Shown: positions 9,617 to 20,283, counted from the first letter of the stretch. The stretch is 64,000 bases of DNA from an uncultured Ignavibacteria bacterium (GCA_964580215.1 CAZOJT010000013.1:1268-65267), one strand, 5' to 3'. The notes: generated by a model not told the origin, from the letters alone. Numbers and translations are program-made.

Positions 9617-10905
9617 TTTTACATAAACAAATATTTTTATACCTGGTAATTACATCCGCGCTGTTGCTTTTAAGATACTCAGCCAGCGCTCAGGATTATG
9701 ATTTTGAAATTCCCGAAGAAGAAACGGCAAAGATAGAGTTTAACGGCAACCTGGATGCAAAATGGGGTATTTTGCAAACAAATGAATCTTCCCCCTTTTA
9801 TGGATTGCAATTTTTCGGACAGGAAAGACCGGATGAGTACCTTTCCCAGTACCGTCTTGATTTCTATTTTAACGGTGATTACCGCTACAAACAAGTTGGT
9901 TTCACTTTGCGAACTTTCGCACAATACATAAAAGAAGAACCGATTGACCTGTCATTTTTTGAATTGTTTGGCAGTTTAAATCTTTCACCAAGGTTGACAG
10001 GGGGAATTGGCAAGCGCCGTTATAACTGGGGCAAAGGCTACGCATTTAATCCGGTCGGTTATGTGAATGCCGAGAAAGACCCGGAGAACCCCGATCTCGC
10101 ACTGGCCGGTAAAAACTCGCTTTTTATTAACTACAATCGTAGTTTTTCTTCCGGCTGGATTCAGAACCTGTCTTTATCTACAATTGTACTTCCGCGGGAA
10201 GACGACATTCTGGATAAATACGCTGAACTCGATAAGACGTCCTTGGCTATTAAACTCTATTTGCTTTTGCGAAATATTGATCTGGATTTTATGGTATTCA
10301 CAGGGAAAAACCAACCGCAGCGCTACGGCATAGATTTTTCAACCAATCTGCAGGAAAATATCGAAGTGCATGGAGAAGTCAGTTACGCTAAGGATGAAGA
10401 TTTTAGTTTTATTCAAAATAATATGGTTCAAATGAGCAAAACAGACGGATTCTCCTATTTGCTTGGAATGCGCTATCTTACCAGTCTTAACATGACACTT
10501 ATTGCCGAGTATTATCACAACAATCGCGGATTGACTTCTTCAGAATACAAAGATTATCAGGGGTATCTCATAAACAGTTTAAACAGTGAAGATGCTGAAT
10601 TGATTGGTTTGGCTAAGTCGGTTATTACCACCACTTTCCGTTCAAAAAACATAATGCAGGATTATATCTATTTCAAAGCCAGTCTGCCGGAACCTTTTGA
10701 ATGGTTGTATTCTTCCGTTGCGGTTTTCACAATCTACAACGTCAATGATGGTAGTTTTCTTTTATCTCCGCAATTAGGTTACAAACCTTTTACCAATTCA
10801 GAAATCCTTCTGTGGCCAAGCATCTTTGTCGGAGATGACAATTCAGAGTACGGGAGCAGACAGTTTCAAAAGAAAGTTGAGATGTGGTTTCGTTTTTATT
10901 TTTAG
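9613..10905 (+). CDS. Putative outer-membrane beta-barrel protein of the exporter cassette
   Basis: Has a signal peptide, alternating amphipathic beta-strand composition and a C-terminal aromatic residue (…WFRFYF). Its start overlaps the upstream gene. Confidence 0.3.
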   Translation: MILHKQIFLYLVITSALLLLRYSASAQDYDFEIPEEETAKIEFNGNLDAKWGILQTNESSPFYGLQFFGQERPDEYLSQYRLDFYFNGDYRYKQVGFTLRTFAQYIKEEPIDLSFFELFGSLNLSPRLTGGIGKRRYNWGKGYAFNPVGYVNAEKDPENPDLALAGKNSLFINYNRSFSSGWIQNLSLSTIVLPREDDILDKYAELDKTSLAIKLYLLLRNIDLDFMVFTGKNQPQRYGIDFSTNLQENIEVHGEVSYAKDEDFSFIQNNMVQMSKTDGFSYLLGMRYLTSLNMTLIAEYYHNNRGLTSSEYKDYQGYLINSLNSEDAELIGLAKSVITTTFRSKNIMQDYIYFKASLPEPFEWLYSSVAVFTIYNVNDGSFLLSPQLGYKPFTNSEILLWPSIFVGDDNSEYGSRQFQKKVEMWFRFYF

Positions 10906-11084
10906 ATTTTAATTTCGTTTAAACTATTATATTTTTTTGTAAATCGAATGGCGAGTAATTCTGTCCTGTGGGAATGCCTTTGTCATAAGAATCTTTTTAC
11001 ATGCAGTAAACAATCAACTCATCAATATAGTTCGTAGGTCAGGTGCCCTGAGCACCTGACACCAAGATAAAACCCCATTTATGG

Positions 11085-11180
11085 TGAGCGTCGAACCATT
11101 CTCATACCTTCCCTGTAGTCTCTCTTACCACAAGGAGCAAGTTCACTATGACTCCAATGGTGAAAAGGATAGCTCCCTTA
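11085..11180. repeat. ~80-bp direct repeat, copy 2 (right flank of the ABC cassette)
   Basis: The sequence tagtctctcttaccacaaGgagcaaGttc...aatggtgaaaaggatagctcc matches the copy at 6531-6615. Confidence 0.7.
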
Positions 11181-11269
11181 TTTATAGGAGATGGAATATA
11201 TTGTTCATGCACCTTTACCGAATTTACAGGATGCGTAACTTTGAATTTCGAACTTTGAACTCTCAGCTC

Positions 11270-11470
11270 TAAATGTCTTTGACTTTATTGAACTCTTGAA
11301 CTCTTGAACTTTTAAACTTTTGAACTCTTATTTTGAACCTTGGATTCATCAAAATTCATCAAAATTAATATCTAAGGCGCTAAACTTGAATCACTTGGAG
11401 GAAAAGTGAGAAAAAAATTAAAAATACCACCAGATGCACCAGAAGCACCAGTTCCACCAGCCAAGCATCT
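11270..11470. repeat. Short tandem repeats ((t)tgaactc(t) x5, ttcatcaaaa x2, caccag x5)
   Basis: Direct reading of the sequence between the right repeat and the 3' end of secA. Confidence 0.6.
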
Positions 11471-11637
11471 TCGCTTGCGTTGAATCCCTTCAGGATGAAT
11501 CTCCACCCTCGACCAAAAATATGTGGCTCGAATTTGAATCCTGTGGACAAATTCGGATTTCTATTTTGTTTGTTTGGGTTTTAGCGGTGGACGGCAGACT
11601 GTGGACTGTGGACGTTTTTCAATCCGTTGACCACTTT

Positions 11638-14600
11638 TCAAGCCCCACAACATTTTTTGTATTTCTTCCCACTGCCGCAGGGGCAGGGGTCGTTTCGTCC
11701 AACCTTTTTGCCCACCCTCACCGGCTTGGGCTTGCCGGGAGCCACCTGTTCTGCTGGTTGAGTCTCGGCATATCCCATTCCCACTGTGGACTGGTGGACC
11801 GTACTCATCTGTCTTTCTGGTTCCCTTCCCTTGGGTCTTTCTTTCTCCTCCACCTGCAGTTTGAAGATAAGCTCCAGAGTCTCCTCGTCAATTCCCTCAA
11901 GCATTTCGGTAAATAAGGCAAATGCCTCCTTTTTGTATTCAATCAGCGGGTCTCTCTGGCCATAAGCTCTCAGGCCGATGCCGGTTTTAAGCTGATCTAA
12001 ATCATAAAGATGCTCCTTCCACTTTTCATCTATAGTCCGGAGCATGGCATATCTTTCTAACTGCCGCATCAACTCCTCACCCAGCATCTTCTCCTTATGG
12101 TCATAGATCTGAAGAGCCATCTTATAAAGGTTTTGCTTCAAATCCCCCTGTTTCAGCTCGTTTAAATCCTTCTGGTCGAACTTAACGTCCACCAGAAAGG
12201 TTCTTAAGAGGTCCTGTTTTAGACCGGTCAGGTCCCATGCCTCGGGATAGGTTTTGTCATCGGTATGAGCTTCCACCTTGAACTCGATCACGGTTTTGAT
12301 TAGATCCAGGATTTCTTCTCTTAGGTCTGCACCCTCTAAGACTGCCAGTCGGCGGTCATAGATAACCTCTCTTTGCTGGTTCATCACGTCATCATATTCC
12401 AAAAGGTGTTTTCTTATGGAAAAGTTCTGTGCCTCCACCCTCTTTTGTGCTCTCTCTATCGCCTTGGTGACCATGGAATGTCTGATCACCTCTCCATCCT
12501 GCACGCCTAACCTATCCATTATAGAAGCGATTCTGTCCGAACCGAAAAGCCGCATCAGATTATCTTCTAAGGAGAGGAAAAATTTGGAGGAACCCGGATC
12601 GCCCTGCCTTCCGCTTCTTCCTCTGAGCTGTCTGTCGATCCTTCGAGCTTCATGCCTTTCTGTCCCTATGATGCGAAGCCCGCAGGGAACATCCTCATTG
12701 CAACCCAACTCCTCCAGATAGGGACAACCATCTTCCCTGTTTGGGGTAACCAACCTGCAGTGGAGATGTTTGACCACATCCGGACCCAATTTGATATCTG
12801 TTCCCCGTCCTGCCATGTTGGTAGCGATGGTGACCGTGCCCGCCTGGCCCGCCCGGGACACGATCTCTGCCTCCTGTTGATGGTATTTGGCATTCAGAAC
12901 GGAATGCTTTATCCCTTTTCTTTTTAGCATGCGGGAGAGGGTCTCAGAAGCTTCCACAGACACGGTCCCCACCAGGGCTGGTCTGCCAACTTCATGACAG
13001 CGGACGATCTCATCAATTATGGCGTTATATTTTTCCCTTCTGGTTCGATAGATCATGTCATCGTAATCAATTCTTCTCACCGGCTCGTTAGTGGGGATAG
13101 CCACCACGTCCACCTTGTAGATCTCCCATAATTCTGATGCTTCCGTCACTGCGGTTCCGGTCATCCCAGCCAGCTTGTGGTAAAGTCTGAAGAAATTCTG
13201 CAGGGTGATGGTGGCAAAGGTTTGCGTCTCTCCCTCAACTTTAACTTTTTCCTTTGCCTCTATGGCTTGGTGCAATCCATCGCTGTATCTTCTGCCCGGC
13301 ATAAGCCTGCCGGTGAACTCGTCCACGATCATCACCTTATCATCCTGCACCACATACTCCACATCTTTTTCAAACAAAGAAAATGCTTTCAAAAGCTGGT
13401 TTATGGAATGGTTCTTTTCACTGCGTTCCGCATGAAGCTGATATAACTTCTCCTTTCTTTTTAATTTCTCCTCAGAGGAGAGAGAATCGTCTGAATCGAT
13501 TTGGTGTATCCCCTCGGTGATATCCGGAAGGATAAAAAGCACTTGATCCTCCGGTGAGAGAAGCGACCTTCCCATCTCATTCAAATTGATGCTGTTCTCC
13601 CTTTCATCGATGGAGAAATACAAAAGGTCATCTATCTCATACAGTTTTTTGTCCCGCATGAAATCTAACTCCACCCGGGTGATCAGCTTTTTGACCCCTG
13701 GCTCCTTTTGTAGCTTTATCAATCTTTTGTTCTTGGGAGCACCCCTCTGGGCGGTCAGAAGCTTTATCCCCGCCTCGTATTCCTTTCCACCTTTCAACAA
13801 TTCCTCTCCATCAGCTACCAGCTTATTTACCAAAGTGGATTGTTTGCGAAACAACTGCTCCACCAAGGGTCTCATCTCCATGTAGCTTTGGGTAACGTTG
13901 GAGCTTACCGGACCGGAGATGATCAGAGGAGTGCGGGCTTCGTCAATTAAAACCGAGTCTACTTCGTCCACTATGGAGTAATTATATCCTCGCTGAACCC
14001 TGTCCTCAGCCCGGATAGCCATGTTATCTCTCAGGTAGTCAAAGCCGAACTCATTGTTGGTCCCATAAGTGATGTCATAGTTATACTGAACTTTCCTCTG
14101 TTCATTATCCATCTCATTTTGTATACAACCCACAGTCAGACCCAAGAACTTATATATCTCTCCCATCCACTCGGTATCTCTTCGAGCCAGATAATCGTTC
14201 ACCGTCACCAGATGGCACCCTTTGCCTGTTAGAGCATTCAGATAAAGTGGCATGGTGGCGACCAAGGTTTTCCCTTCGCCGGTTGCCATCTCTGTAATCT
14301 TGCCCTGATGCAAGACCACTGCGCCAATGAGCTGAACGTTATAGGGAACCATATCCCACTCTATCTGGATGTCGCACACCTCCCATTTTTTGCCCAAAAG
14401 CCTTCGGCAGGTCTGTTTGACCACAGCAAAAGCCTCCGGGAGGATTTCATCTAAAGTCTCCTGCTCCACCTTTTTTATTTCACTCTGGATTTCCTTCATC
14501 TGTTGCAAGAGCTCTTCCCTTCGAGATCTAACCTCTGCCCTCTCCTCCTCGGAAAGTCCGTGAGTTTTTATGCCGGCAAACTCTTCTTTTAATGCATCCA

Positions 14601-14793
14601 GTTGCCTTTCAAACTCTCCGCTTCTCTCCTTGATCCTCTGCTTGAATTCTTCGGTTTTCCCCTTCAGTTCCTCATCTGAGAGACTTTCATATTGCTCATG
14701 GAATTTGTTAATTTCCTCCACGATCGGGCGGATTTTCTTTACGTCTCTATCGTGTTTGGAACCGAATATCCTGGTAACTAAATTGGGACTCAT
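11638..14793 (-). CDS. secA: Preprotein translocase ATPase SecA
   Basis: 1051 aa with the DEAD-like motor domains. The N-terminus is MSPNLVTRIFGSKHDRDVKK and the C-terminus carries the Zn-binding CPCGSGKKYKKCCG. Confidence 0.95.
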   Translation of the reverse strand: MSPNLVTRIFGSKHDRDVKKIRPIVEEINKFHEQYESLSDEELKGKTEEFKQRIKERSGEFERQLDALKEEFAGIKTHGLSEEERAEVRSRREELLQQMKEIQSEIKKVEQETLDEILPEAFAVVKQTCRRLLGKKWEVCDIQIEWDMVPYNVQLIGAVVLHQGKITEMATGEGKTLVATMPLYLNALTGKGCHLVTVNDYLARRDTEWMGEIYKFLGLTVGCIQNEMDNEQRKVQYNYDITYGTNNEFGFDYLRDNMAIRAEDRVQRGYNYSIVDEVDSVLIDEARTPLIISGPVSSNVTQSYMEMRPLVEQLFRKQSTLVNKLVADGEELLKGGKEYEAGIKLLTAQRGAPKNKRLIKLQKEPGVKKLITRVELDFMRDKKLYEIDDLLYFSIDERENSINLNEMGRSLLSPEDQVLFILPDITEGIHQIDSDDSLSSEEKLKRKEKLYQLHAERSEKNHSINQLLKAFSLFEKDVEYVVQDDKVMIVDEFTGRLMPGRRYSDGLHQAIEAKEKVKVEGETQTFATITLQNFFRLYHKLAGMTGTAVTEASELWEIYKVDVVAIPTNEPVRRIDYDDMIYRTRREKYNAIIDEIVRCHEVGRPALVGTVSVEASETLSRMLKRKGIKHSVLNAKYHQQEAEIVSRAGQAGTVTIATNMAGRGTDIKLGPDVVKHLHCRLVTPNREDGCPYLEELGCNEDVPCGLRIIGTERHEARRIDRQLRGRSGRQGDPGSSKFFLSLEDNLMRLFGSDRIASIMDRLGVQDGEVIRHSMVTKAIERAQKRVEAQNFSIRKHLLEYDDVMNQQREVIYDRRLAVLEGADLREEILDLIKTVIEFKVEAHTDDKTYPEAWDLTGLKQDLLRTFLVDVKFDQKDLNELKQGDLKQNLYKMALQIYDHKEKMLGEELMRQLERYAMLRTIDEKWKEHLYDLDQLKTGIGLRAYGQRDPLIEYKKEAFALFTEMLEGIDEETLELIFKLQVEEKERPKGREPERQMSTVHQSTVGMGYAETQPAEQVAPGKPKPVRVGKKVGRNDPCPCGSGKKYKKCCGA

Positions 14794-14922
14794 TTACATC
14801 ACTCCACAAAAATGGATCTTTAGTCTTTTATCATTTTCTACGTATCAGAGCAAGACTTTATGAAAGATATACAACCTCTTTGCCTATGACAACCATAATC
14901 TTGCAGAGAATAAAGACCGTGG

Positions 14923-15624
14923 TTAAGAATTTTCGTGCGCAGATAATTGACTGTGTTTTGGTGTAACTACCATACCGAGAAATGCACTAAAAGGATTTTT
15001 TCGGAAAGAAAGTTTTCTATCCAACCATTGAAAGAATCTTATCCTCGAATAAGGAACAAAGTATACACCCTCCCATTGCACCGACTCAAGTACGCCGGAA
15101 TTCTTCAACAACCTTTTCAGCTTCCAGATATTGAAAAAATTTGCCCGGTTGTATATTGAAGGCTTGAACCATCCTTTTATTCTTCTGCTTACAGCCAGCA
15201 TAGACCAGCTATTCAGCACCCCTATAAAGATTTTTTCTCTGGTTACTCTTCGTACCTCCTGGAGGACTTTTACGGGATCTTCACAAAATCCCAGGGTAGT
15301 GATCAAGATGGTAATATCAAAAGCAGAGTCCTTTATGGGAAGCTGTTCCCCCTTTGCTAAGATCAGCTTGAAATTGCCTTTCCCCTTAGCCCTTTGCAAC
15401 ATGAAAACTGACGTATCCACCCCGATTGGATCTGAACCCAGAGTTTGAAAGAGCTTTAGATGATTTCCGGTTCCACAACCGATATCAAGGATTTTTTGAT
15501 GGTGCACCTCCCCTATTAACTTTACCATCAACCTTTCTTCTAATGAACTGGTATATCTTCCGAAGTCGGTTTCATACCACTTATCGTAGTTTTGCGCAAC
15601 CTTCTGGTCGAAATCTGTTTTCAT
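14923..15624 (-). CDS. Class I SAM-dependent methyltransferase
   Basis: Motif I ILDIGCGTGNH is present, consistent with the Methyltransf_11 fold. Confidence 0.6.
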   Translation of the reverse strand: MKTDFDQKVAQNYDKWYETDFGRYTSSLEERLMVKLIGEVHHQKILDIGCGTGNHLKLFQTLGSDPIGVDTSVFMLQRAKGKGNFKLILAKGEQLPIKDSAFDITILITTLGFCEDPVKVLQEVRRVTREKIFIGVLNSWSMLAVSRRIKGWFKPSIYNRANFFNIWKLKRLLKNSGVLESVQWEGVYFVPYSRIRFFQWLDRKLSFRKNPFSAFLGMVVTPKHSQLSAHENS

Positions 15625-15996
15625 TTGTATTATTCTATTGGCATTGCAGATTGGCAGGGAAAATCAAGGGCGCTTTTGCATGAAGAAAAAACTAAAGTGT
15701 TTTTTGCCTTGTCTAAAAAGAGAGGTGCTCTAAAGGTTTTTTTACTTACTAATAGGAGCAGGAATCAGTTCACATATTATTATTCGTATGAATGCTTCGC
15801 ATTGATTTTTTCTCCCCCACCTGTTTTGGGCTTGACTTGAAATGCGTATGCATTCATACGAATCCCCCTTTAGTAAAGGGGGATTTAGGGGGATTTTCCA
15901 AGTTTCAAATCCCCCCTTCCCCCATTTCTTTAGGGGGGATGTAAACAATTATATGCTTTCCTTAATATGAGCAGACTGCTCAAAAGCCTAAGAGGC

Positions 15997-16191
15997 TCAG
16001 GTGAATCCTTTGCTTGAGCAGGCGGAAGAAGAGTTGTCTGAAGAGATACCACCAGCAAATACCGAAAAGACTTTCATTGGGTTATCTGCATCACACTTCG
16101 GGCATTTTAACCCTTTGCCATCCTCCCCCATTTTCTGTAAGACCTCAAATTTATGATCGCATACTCTGCATCGGTATTCATAGATGGGCAC
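15997..16191 (-). CDS. FmdB-family zinc-ribbon protein
   Basis: Contains MPIYEYRCRVCDHKFE ... CPKCD, the two CxxC pairs characteristic of FmdB putative regulators. Confidence 0.6.
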   Translation of the reverse strand: MPIYEYRCRVCDHKFEVLQKMGEDGKGLKCPKCDADNPMKVFSVFAGGISSDNSSSACSSKGFT

Positions 16192-16267
16192 AGCAGTTTA
16201 CCTCCTTTAAAAAACACTATCTCTCATTTATAAACCAAAATAGCTGGGGATATGTTTGACTAAAATT

Positions 16268-17119
16268 CTATTTGCCCATTTTCTTGACCACAAAATCTCC
16301 TACCGAACATCCCAGGTCCCGGGCAATGATTTTGCACTTCACCATTAAAAGAAAATAGAGTCTTTTCTCTTTGACTTCATTTAAGGTCTCATAATTTCCG
16401 TGTCCTTTGGCGATCACCAGATCGGCTCTCTTAAAGATATTTTTGAATTCTTCCGAACAATCCTCCAAGATAGTTCCGGGGGCATCTGAGCCATTGGAGA
16501 TGACCTTCGCCACTTGATCTAAGCCGGCGAAATAGGCATCTTCGGAGGTGGCGTCGTTAATCACCGGAGAACCACGAACCGCATAGTAAATTTCTCCATG
16601 AGGCATATGCTCAATCAAAATTTTATCAAAAAAAGTTTCTCCAGCGTTATCCCCCAGATAAAGGATCAAAGAAGCTTTCTTGAGATCCTTTTCTAAGCTT
16701 TCGGTATCATCTATGGCAGGTTTTTTGGCCAACACCCTGTCAATGGTTTTCATTAATTCAAAATGATGGCCAGGTGCGAAATCGATGATATTACCCGCTA
16801 TGGCGAGTTTGACTGCGCAACTAAATTGATCGGATGAACTGTTTACCTTTTCCTTTAAGGAGGGATAAAGCTTCTTGACCACCTGGTTGAATTCCCTTTT
16901 CAATTTAAGAAAGGGATCATGATTGTCTAACACCTTACGGATCACCCGATGTGCCTCTTTGCCCAGATAGGGTGGAGTCTGGCGGTAAGAAATGTTGCTC
17001 AAAACCACCAGTACCTTTTGGAGCAGGTCTTCCCGTTTTCCCTCATCCTGGGTCACCTGTTGAGCGACCTTTATCGTCTGATCAATAATGCAGGGGATAC
17101 ATTCTAAATAAGTTCTCAT
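16268..17119 (-). CDS. DUF89/ARMT1-like metal-dependent phosphatase family protein
   Basis: Contains a conserved LGDNAGE motif and KGHGNYE. The ~283-aa size fits DUF89. Confidence 0.45.
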   Translation of the reverse strand: MRTYLECIPCIIDQTIKVAQQVTQDEGKREDLLQKVLVVLSNISYRQTPPYLGKEAHRVIRKVLDNHDPFLKLKREFNQVVKKLYPSLKEKVNSSSDQFSCAVKLAIAGNIIDFAPGHHFELMKTIDRVLAKKPAIDDTESLEKDLKKASLILYLGDNAGETFFDKILIEHMPHGEIYYAVRGSPVINDATSEDAYFAGLDQVAKVISNGSDAPGTILEDCSEEFKNIFKRADLVIAKGHGNYETLNEVKEKRLYFLLMVKCKIIARDLGCSVGDFVVKKMGK

Positions 17120-17520
17120 CGATTAACTCCATTGGATAACAAACATAGCACGGCAGAAAGACTTTATGCCTTCTCGTTTTTTTTGGGACACCACCGGGGT
17201 ACTTCTCATATCTAAATTTTTGGTCCTCCTCCACTTTAGTTGCTGGAATTCTTCATAACTAAAAGAAACCTTAAGGACTTAATTGAGTTGAGATTTGAAG
17301 ACCTCACCCCCTATCCCCTTCTCCCTTGCCTCCGGCGGGATTCTCAATCACCGCCGTTGGTGGGATCTTCGACATGAAATGGAGAGGGGGAACAAAGGGG
17401 GAGAGACAAAAGAAAGCCTGTGGTTTTTTTTGGTGCAAATAATATTCGTATGAATGCTTCGCATAAACTTGTGCATTAGCAACTCTCTTGGAGAAGACCC
17501 AAATTCCTAAGCCATTTTCT

Positions 17521-18456
17521 TTATGTGGTTGCAAAATAAGCTTCTGATTTACCTTCAACTCGTACTCTTCTAATTTTCTTCCTCTCCTCTAAAACCTGAA
17601 GATATTTAACAGTCTCATTAGGATGAACCCCTAAAGCGGTCGCCATCTCATCTTTTCTAACAGGTCTCCTTTTCAAAAGTTCAGTTATAACCTGCTCTAA
17701 ATCTTTGTGATACGCCTTGCTGGTTATTCTATCAAAATCCGCCACGATTTCCACCGGTAGCTTGGGGTCAAACCAAGCCTTGATCTTAACAAGCTTTTCT
17801 TTATCCAGTGGCTTGGCTGTAAACTCGCCCGGAGGTCTGATCACGGTATTGAGTTGAATTTTATCTACGTTCAGTTCCCGGACGAATTGATTGATCTTTT
17901 CTATCTCCTCCTCAGAATCATTGATCTCTTTAACCAACATGATCTCCAGATAGATTTTTCCTTCGAAATTTTCGCAGAAATCTCTTAACCCCTCCAGAAC
18001 TTTCTTTATATTCAGCCCCTTAACGGGACGATTGACCTTATCAAAGAACTCCTCAGAAACAGCGTCCACTGAAGGAACAACCAGATCGGCCCCTGAGAGA
18101 TCTTTCCTGACTTTCTTGTCCCATAATAAAGATCCATTGGTCAACACCGCCACCGGAATCTGAGTGAAGCTTTTTACTTTTCTTATCATTTCACCAATAT
18201 CACTATTTAAGGTAGGCTCACCCGAGCCGGAAAAGGTTACGTAGTCGATATCACTGTTTTGGTCTATCACCTGTTTTATCTCTTTAATCACAGAGTCAAC
18301 TGAAACCAAGGATTTCCTCTGGATGGTTTGATTTGTGGTCTTCCCTAACTGGCAGTAGAGACAATCATAACTGCAGTTCTTATAGGGGATGATATCGACT
18401 CCCAGAGAAATTCCCAACCTTCTGGAGGGAACCGGTCCATAGATTAATTTTTTCAT
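17521..18456 (-). CDS. Radical SAM protein with a C-terminal winged-helix domain
   Basis: Contains CSYDCLYC (CxxxCxxC) near the N-terminus, after GPVPSRRLGISLG. The last ~80 aa have a wHTH-like composition. Confidence 0.75.
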   Translation of the reverse strand: MKKLIYGPVPSRRLGISLGVDIIPYKNCSYDCLYCQLGKTTNQTIQRKSLVSVDSVIKEIKQVIDQNSDIDYVTFSGSGEPTLNSDIGEMIRKVKSFTQIPVAVLTNGSLLWDKKVRKDLSGADLVVPSVDAVSEEFFDKVNRPVKGLNIKKVLEGLRDFCENFEGKIYLEIMLVKEINDSEEEIEKINQFVRELNVDKIQLNTVIRPPGEFTAKPLDKEKLVKIKAWFDPKLPVEIVADFDRITSKAYHKDLEQVITELLKRRPVRKDEMATALGVHPNETVKYLQVLEERKKIRRVRVEGKSEAYFATT

Positions 18457-18876
18457 ACTCCTCTCTTTTTAAAGTACGAGGATTGTAAAATCTCAATGCC
18501 GGTGAGTGATATATCGGTGGTTCTGTTCATTTTGAGATCTCTGAAAAAGCCTTTGGATAACGGAAATTGGAGTGTCCTGCTTTAGCGGGACCAAGAAAAA
18601 CTCTTATGGATACGTATGCATTTAAGTTTAATTTGCACAAAGAGTTGAACTTTAAGCTTTTTTTACCTCCCCCCCTTTCCCTGACGGGTCTCCGTGTCCC
18701 CCCTCTCCCCCGCCTCCGGCGGGATCTTCGACATGAAATGGAGAGGGGGAGATAGGAGGTGAGGTCGAAACAAAAGAGTTTTTCAGAAGCACTCAATTGA
18801 AATTCCTTGACACCTGAAGGCAGTTGTAGTAAATTTGCTTTTCATTCGTATATGATATGTTTAAATAGAAGGTGAC

Positions 18877-20283
18877 ATGTTAGAGAATTTAATTCATGAA
18901 GAATGTGGTGTCTTTGGCATCTTTGGAGCAAAAAAGGCGGCTGAGCTAACCTATCTGGGACTTTATGCCCTACAGCATAGAGGACAGGAAGGAGCAGGGA
19001 TTGTTTCCTCCAACGGTGAGAGAATCTATCAGCATAGAGGTCTGGGGGAGGTAAATGAGGTCTTTTCCCAAAAGAATATCCTCAATGGATTAAAAGGACA
19101 TGTAGCCATCGGACATAATCGCTACTCCACCACCGGTGCCTCCTCTTTAGTCAATGTTCAGCCTCTTTCGATCACCTACAAGAAGGGGAAGTTAGCTTTA
19201 GCTCACAACGGAAACCTGACCAATTCTTACAGTTTGCGCACCTCCATGGAAAGGAACGGTTCCATCTTTCAAACCTCCAGTGATAGCGAGATAATTTTGC
19301 ACCTGGTGGCTCGCTCAAAGAAAGAGACCGTGGAGGAGATGATCCAGGACGCCCTTTTGAGGGTGAAGGGAGCGTTTTCTGTTGTCTTCAATACCGGTGA
19401 TTCCATTGTGGCCGCAAGAGATCCTCATGGATTTCGCCCTCTGGCTTTGGGCAAACTTAGAAACGCCTGGGTGGTGGCATCGGAAACCTGCGCATTCGAT
19501 ATAATTGGAGCAAAATACCAAAGGGATATCCAGCCGGGTGAGATTGCAGTAATCAATCAGAAAGGAATCAAGTCTTACTTTCCGTTCAAACCGGTCAGAC
19601 ATGCATTTTGCATTTTTGAATTCATCTACTTTGCCCGTCCGGACAGCATCATTTATAATGAGAATGTGGATAAAATCCGCAGAAGATTGGGCGGGCAACT
19701 GGCAAAAGAAAAGCCCGCAAAAGCCGACATTGTGATTTCGGTTCCCGATTCCTCTAACACCGCCACACTGGGATATTGTGAAGAATCCGGGATAAAGTAT
19801 GAGGTGGGTCTGATTCGCAATCATTACATCGGAAGAACCTTCATTGAGCCGGAGCAAACCATAAGAGATCTAGATGCGCGGATTAAGTTTAATCCGGTAA
19901 GAGGGGTTTTGAAGAATCAAAGGGTGGTGGTCGTGGACGATTCCATTGTCCGGGGGACCACCAGTAAAAAGCTCATCCATATGTTACGGAATGCCGGGGC
20001 AAAGGAAGTTCATTTCCGGGTAAGTTCACCCCCCATAATCTCCCCCTGCTTTTATGGGGTAGATATGCCCACCAAAGAGGAATTGGTCGCTTCGTCCAAA
20101 TCAGTGGAACAGATCAGAAAATATCTGAACGTAGATAGTCTGGGTTATCTTTCCCTGCCGGGGATGCTTTCTCTGCACTCTCTGAACGGAAGAGATTTCT
20201 GCGTAGCCTGCTTTTCCGGCAAATATCCCACCAAGATTGGAGATAACAGTGGAAAATATGTTTTAGAGACAAAACGTTGTTGA
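18877..20283 (+). CDS. purF: Amidophosphoribosyltransferase
   Basis: Shows N-terminal Cys CGVFGIFG (Ntn amidotransferase), a PRPP-binding VVVVDDSIVRGTT motif and C-terminal Fe-S cysteines. Confidence 0.9.
   Translation: MLENLIHEECGVFGIFGAKKAAELTYLGLYALQHRGQEGAGIVSSNGERIYQHRGLGEVNEVFSQKNILNGLKGHVAIGHNRYSTTGASSLVNVQPLSITYKKGKLALAHNGNLTNSYSLRTSMERNGSIFQTSSDSEIILHLVARSKKETVEEMIQDALLRVKGAFSVVFNTGDSIVAARDPHGFRPLALGKLRNAWVVASETCAFDIIGAKYQRDIQPGEIAVINQKGIKSYFPFKPVRHAFCIFEFIYFARPDSIIYNENVDKIRRRLGGQLAKEKPAKADIVISVPDSSNTATLGYCEESGIKYEVGLIRNHYIGRTFIEPEQTIRDLDARIKFNPVRGVLKNQRVVVVDDSIVRGTTSKKLIHMLRNAGAKEVHFRVSSPPIISPCFYGVDMPTKEELVASSKSVEQIRKYLNVDSLGYLSLPGMLSLHSLNGRDFCVACFSGKYPTKIGDNSGKYVLETKRC

Noticed and set aside
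10067-10333. 88-aa ORF inside the putative OMP gene (same strand, other frame)
   Set aside because: It is completely nested within a longer ORF that has a signal peptide and beta-barrel features.
11434-11916. 160-aa plus-strand ORF overlapping the 3' end of secA
   Set aside because: It is antisense to the conserved SecA C-terminus. The start lies in the caccag tandem repeat.
17304-17558. 84-aa ORF ending PAGGKGEGDRG
   Set aside because: It overlaps the repeat-family copy (ccgccggaggcggg…gggagaggg). The peptide is a translation of the repeat.
18527-18796. 89-aa Arg/Gly-rich ORF
   Set aside because: The same repeat family as at 17304 is translated. There is no RBS or start context.
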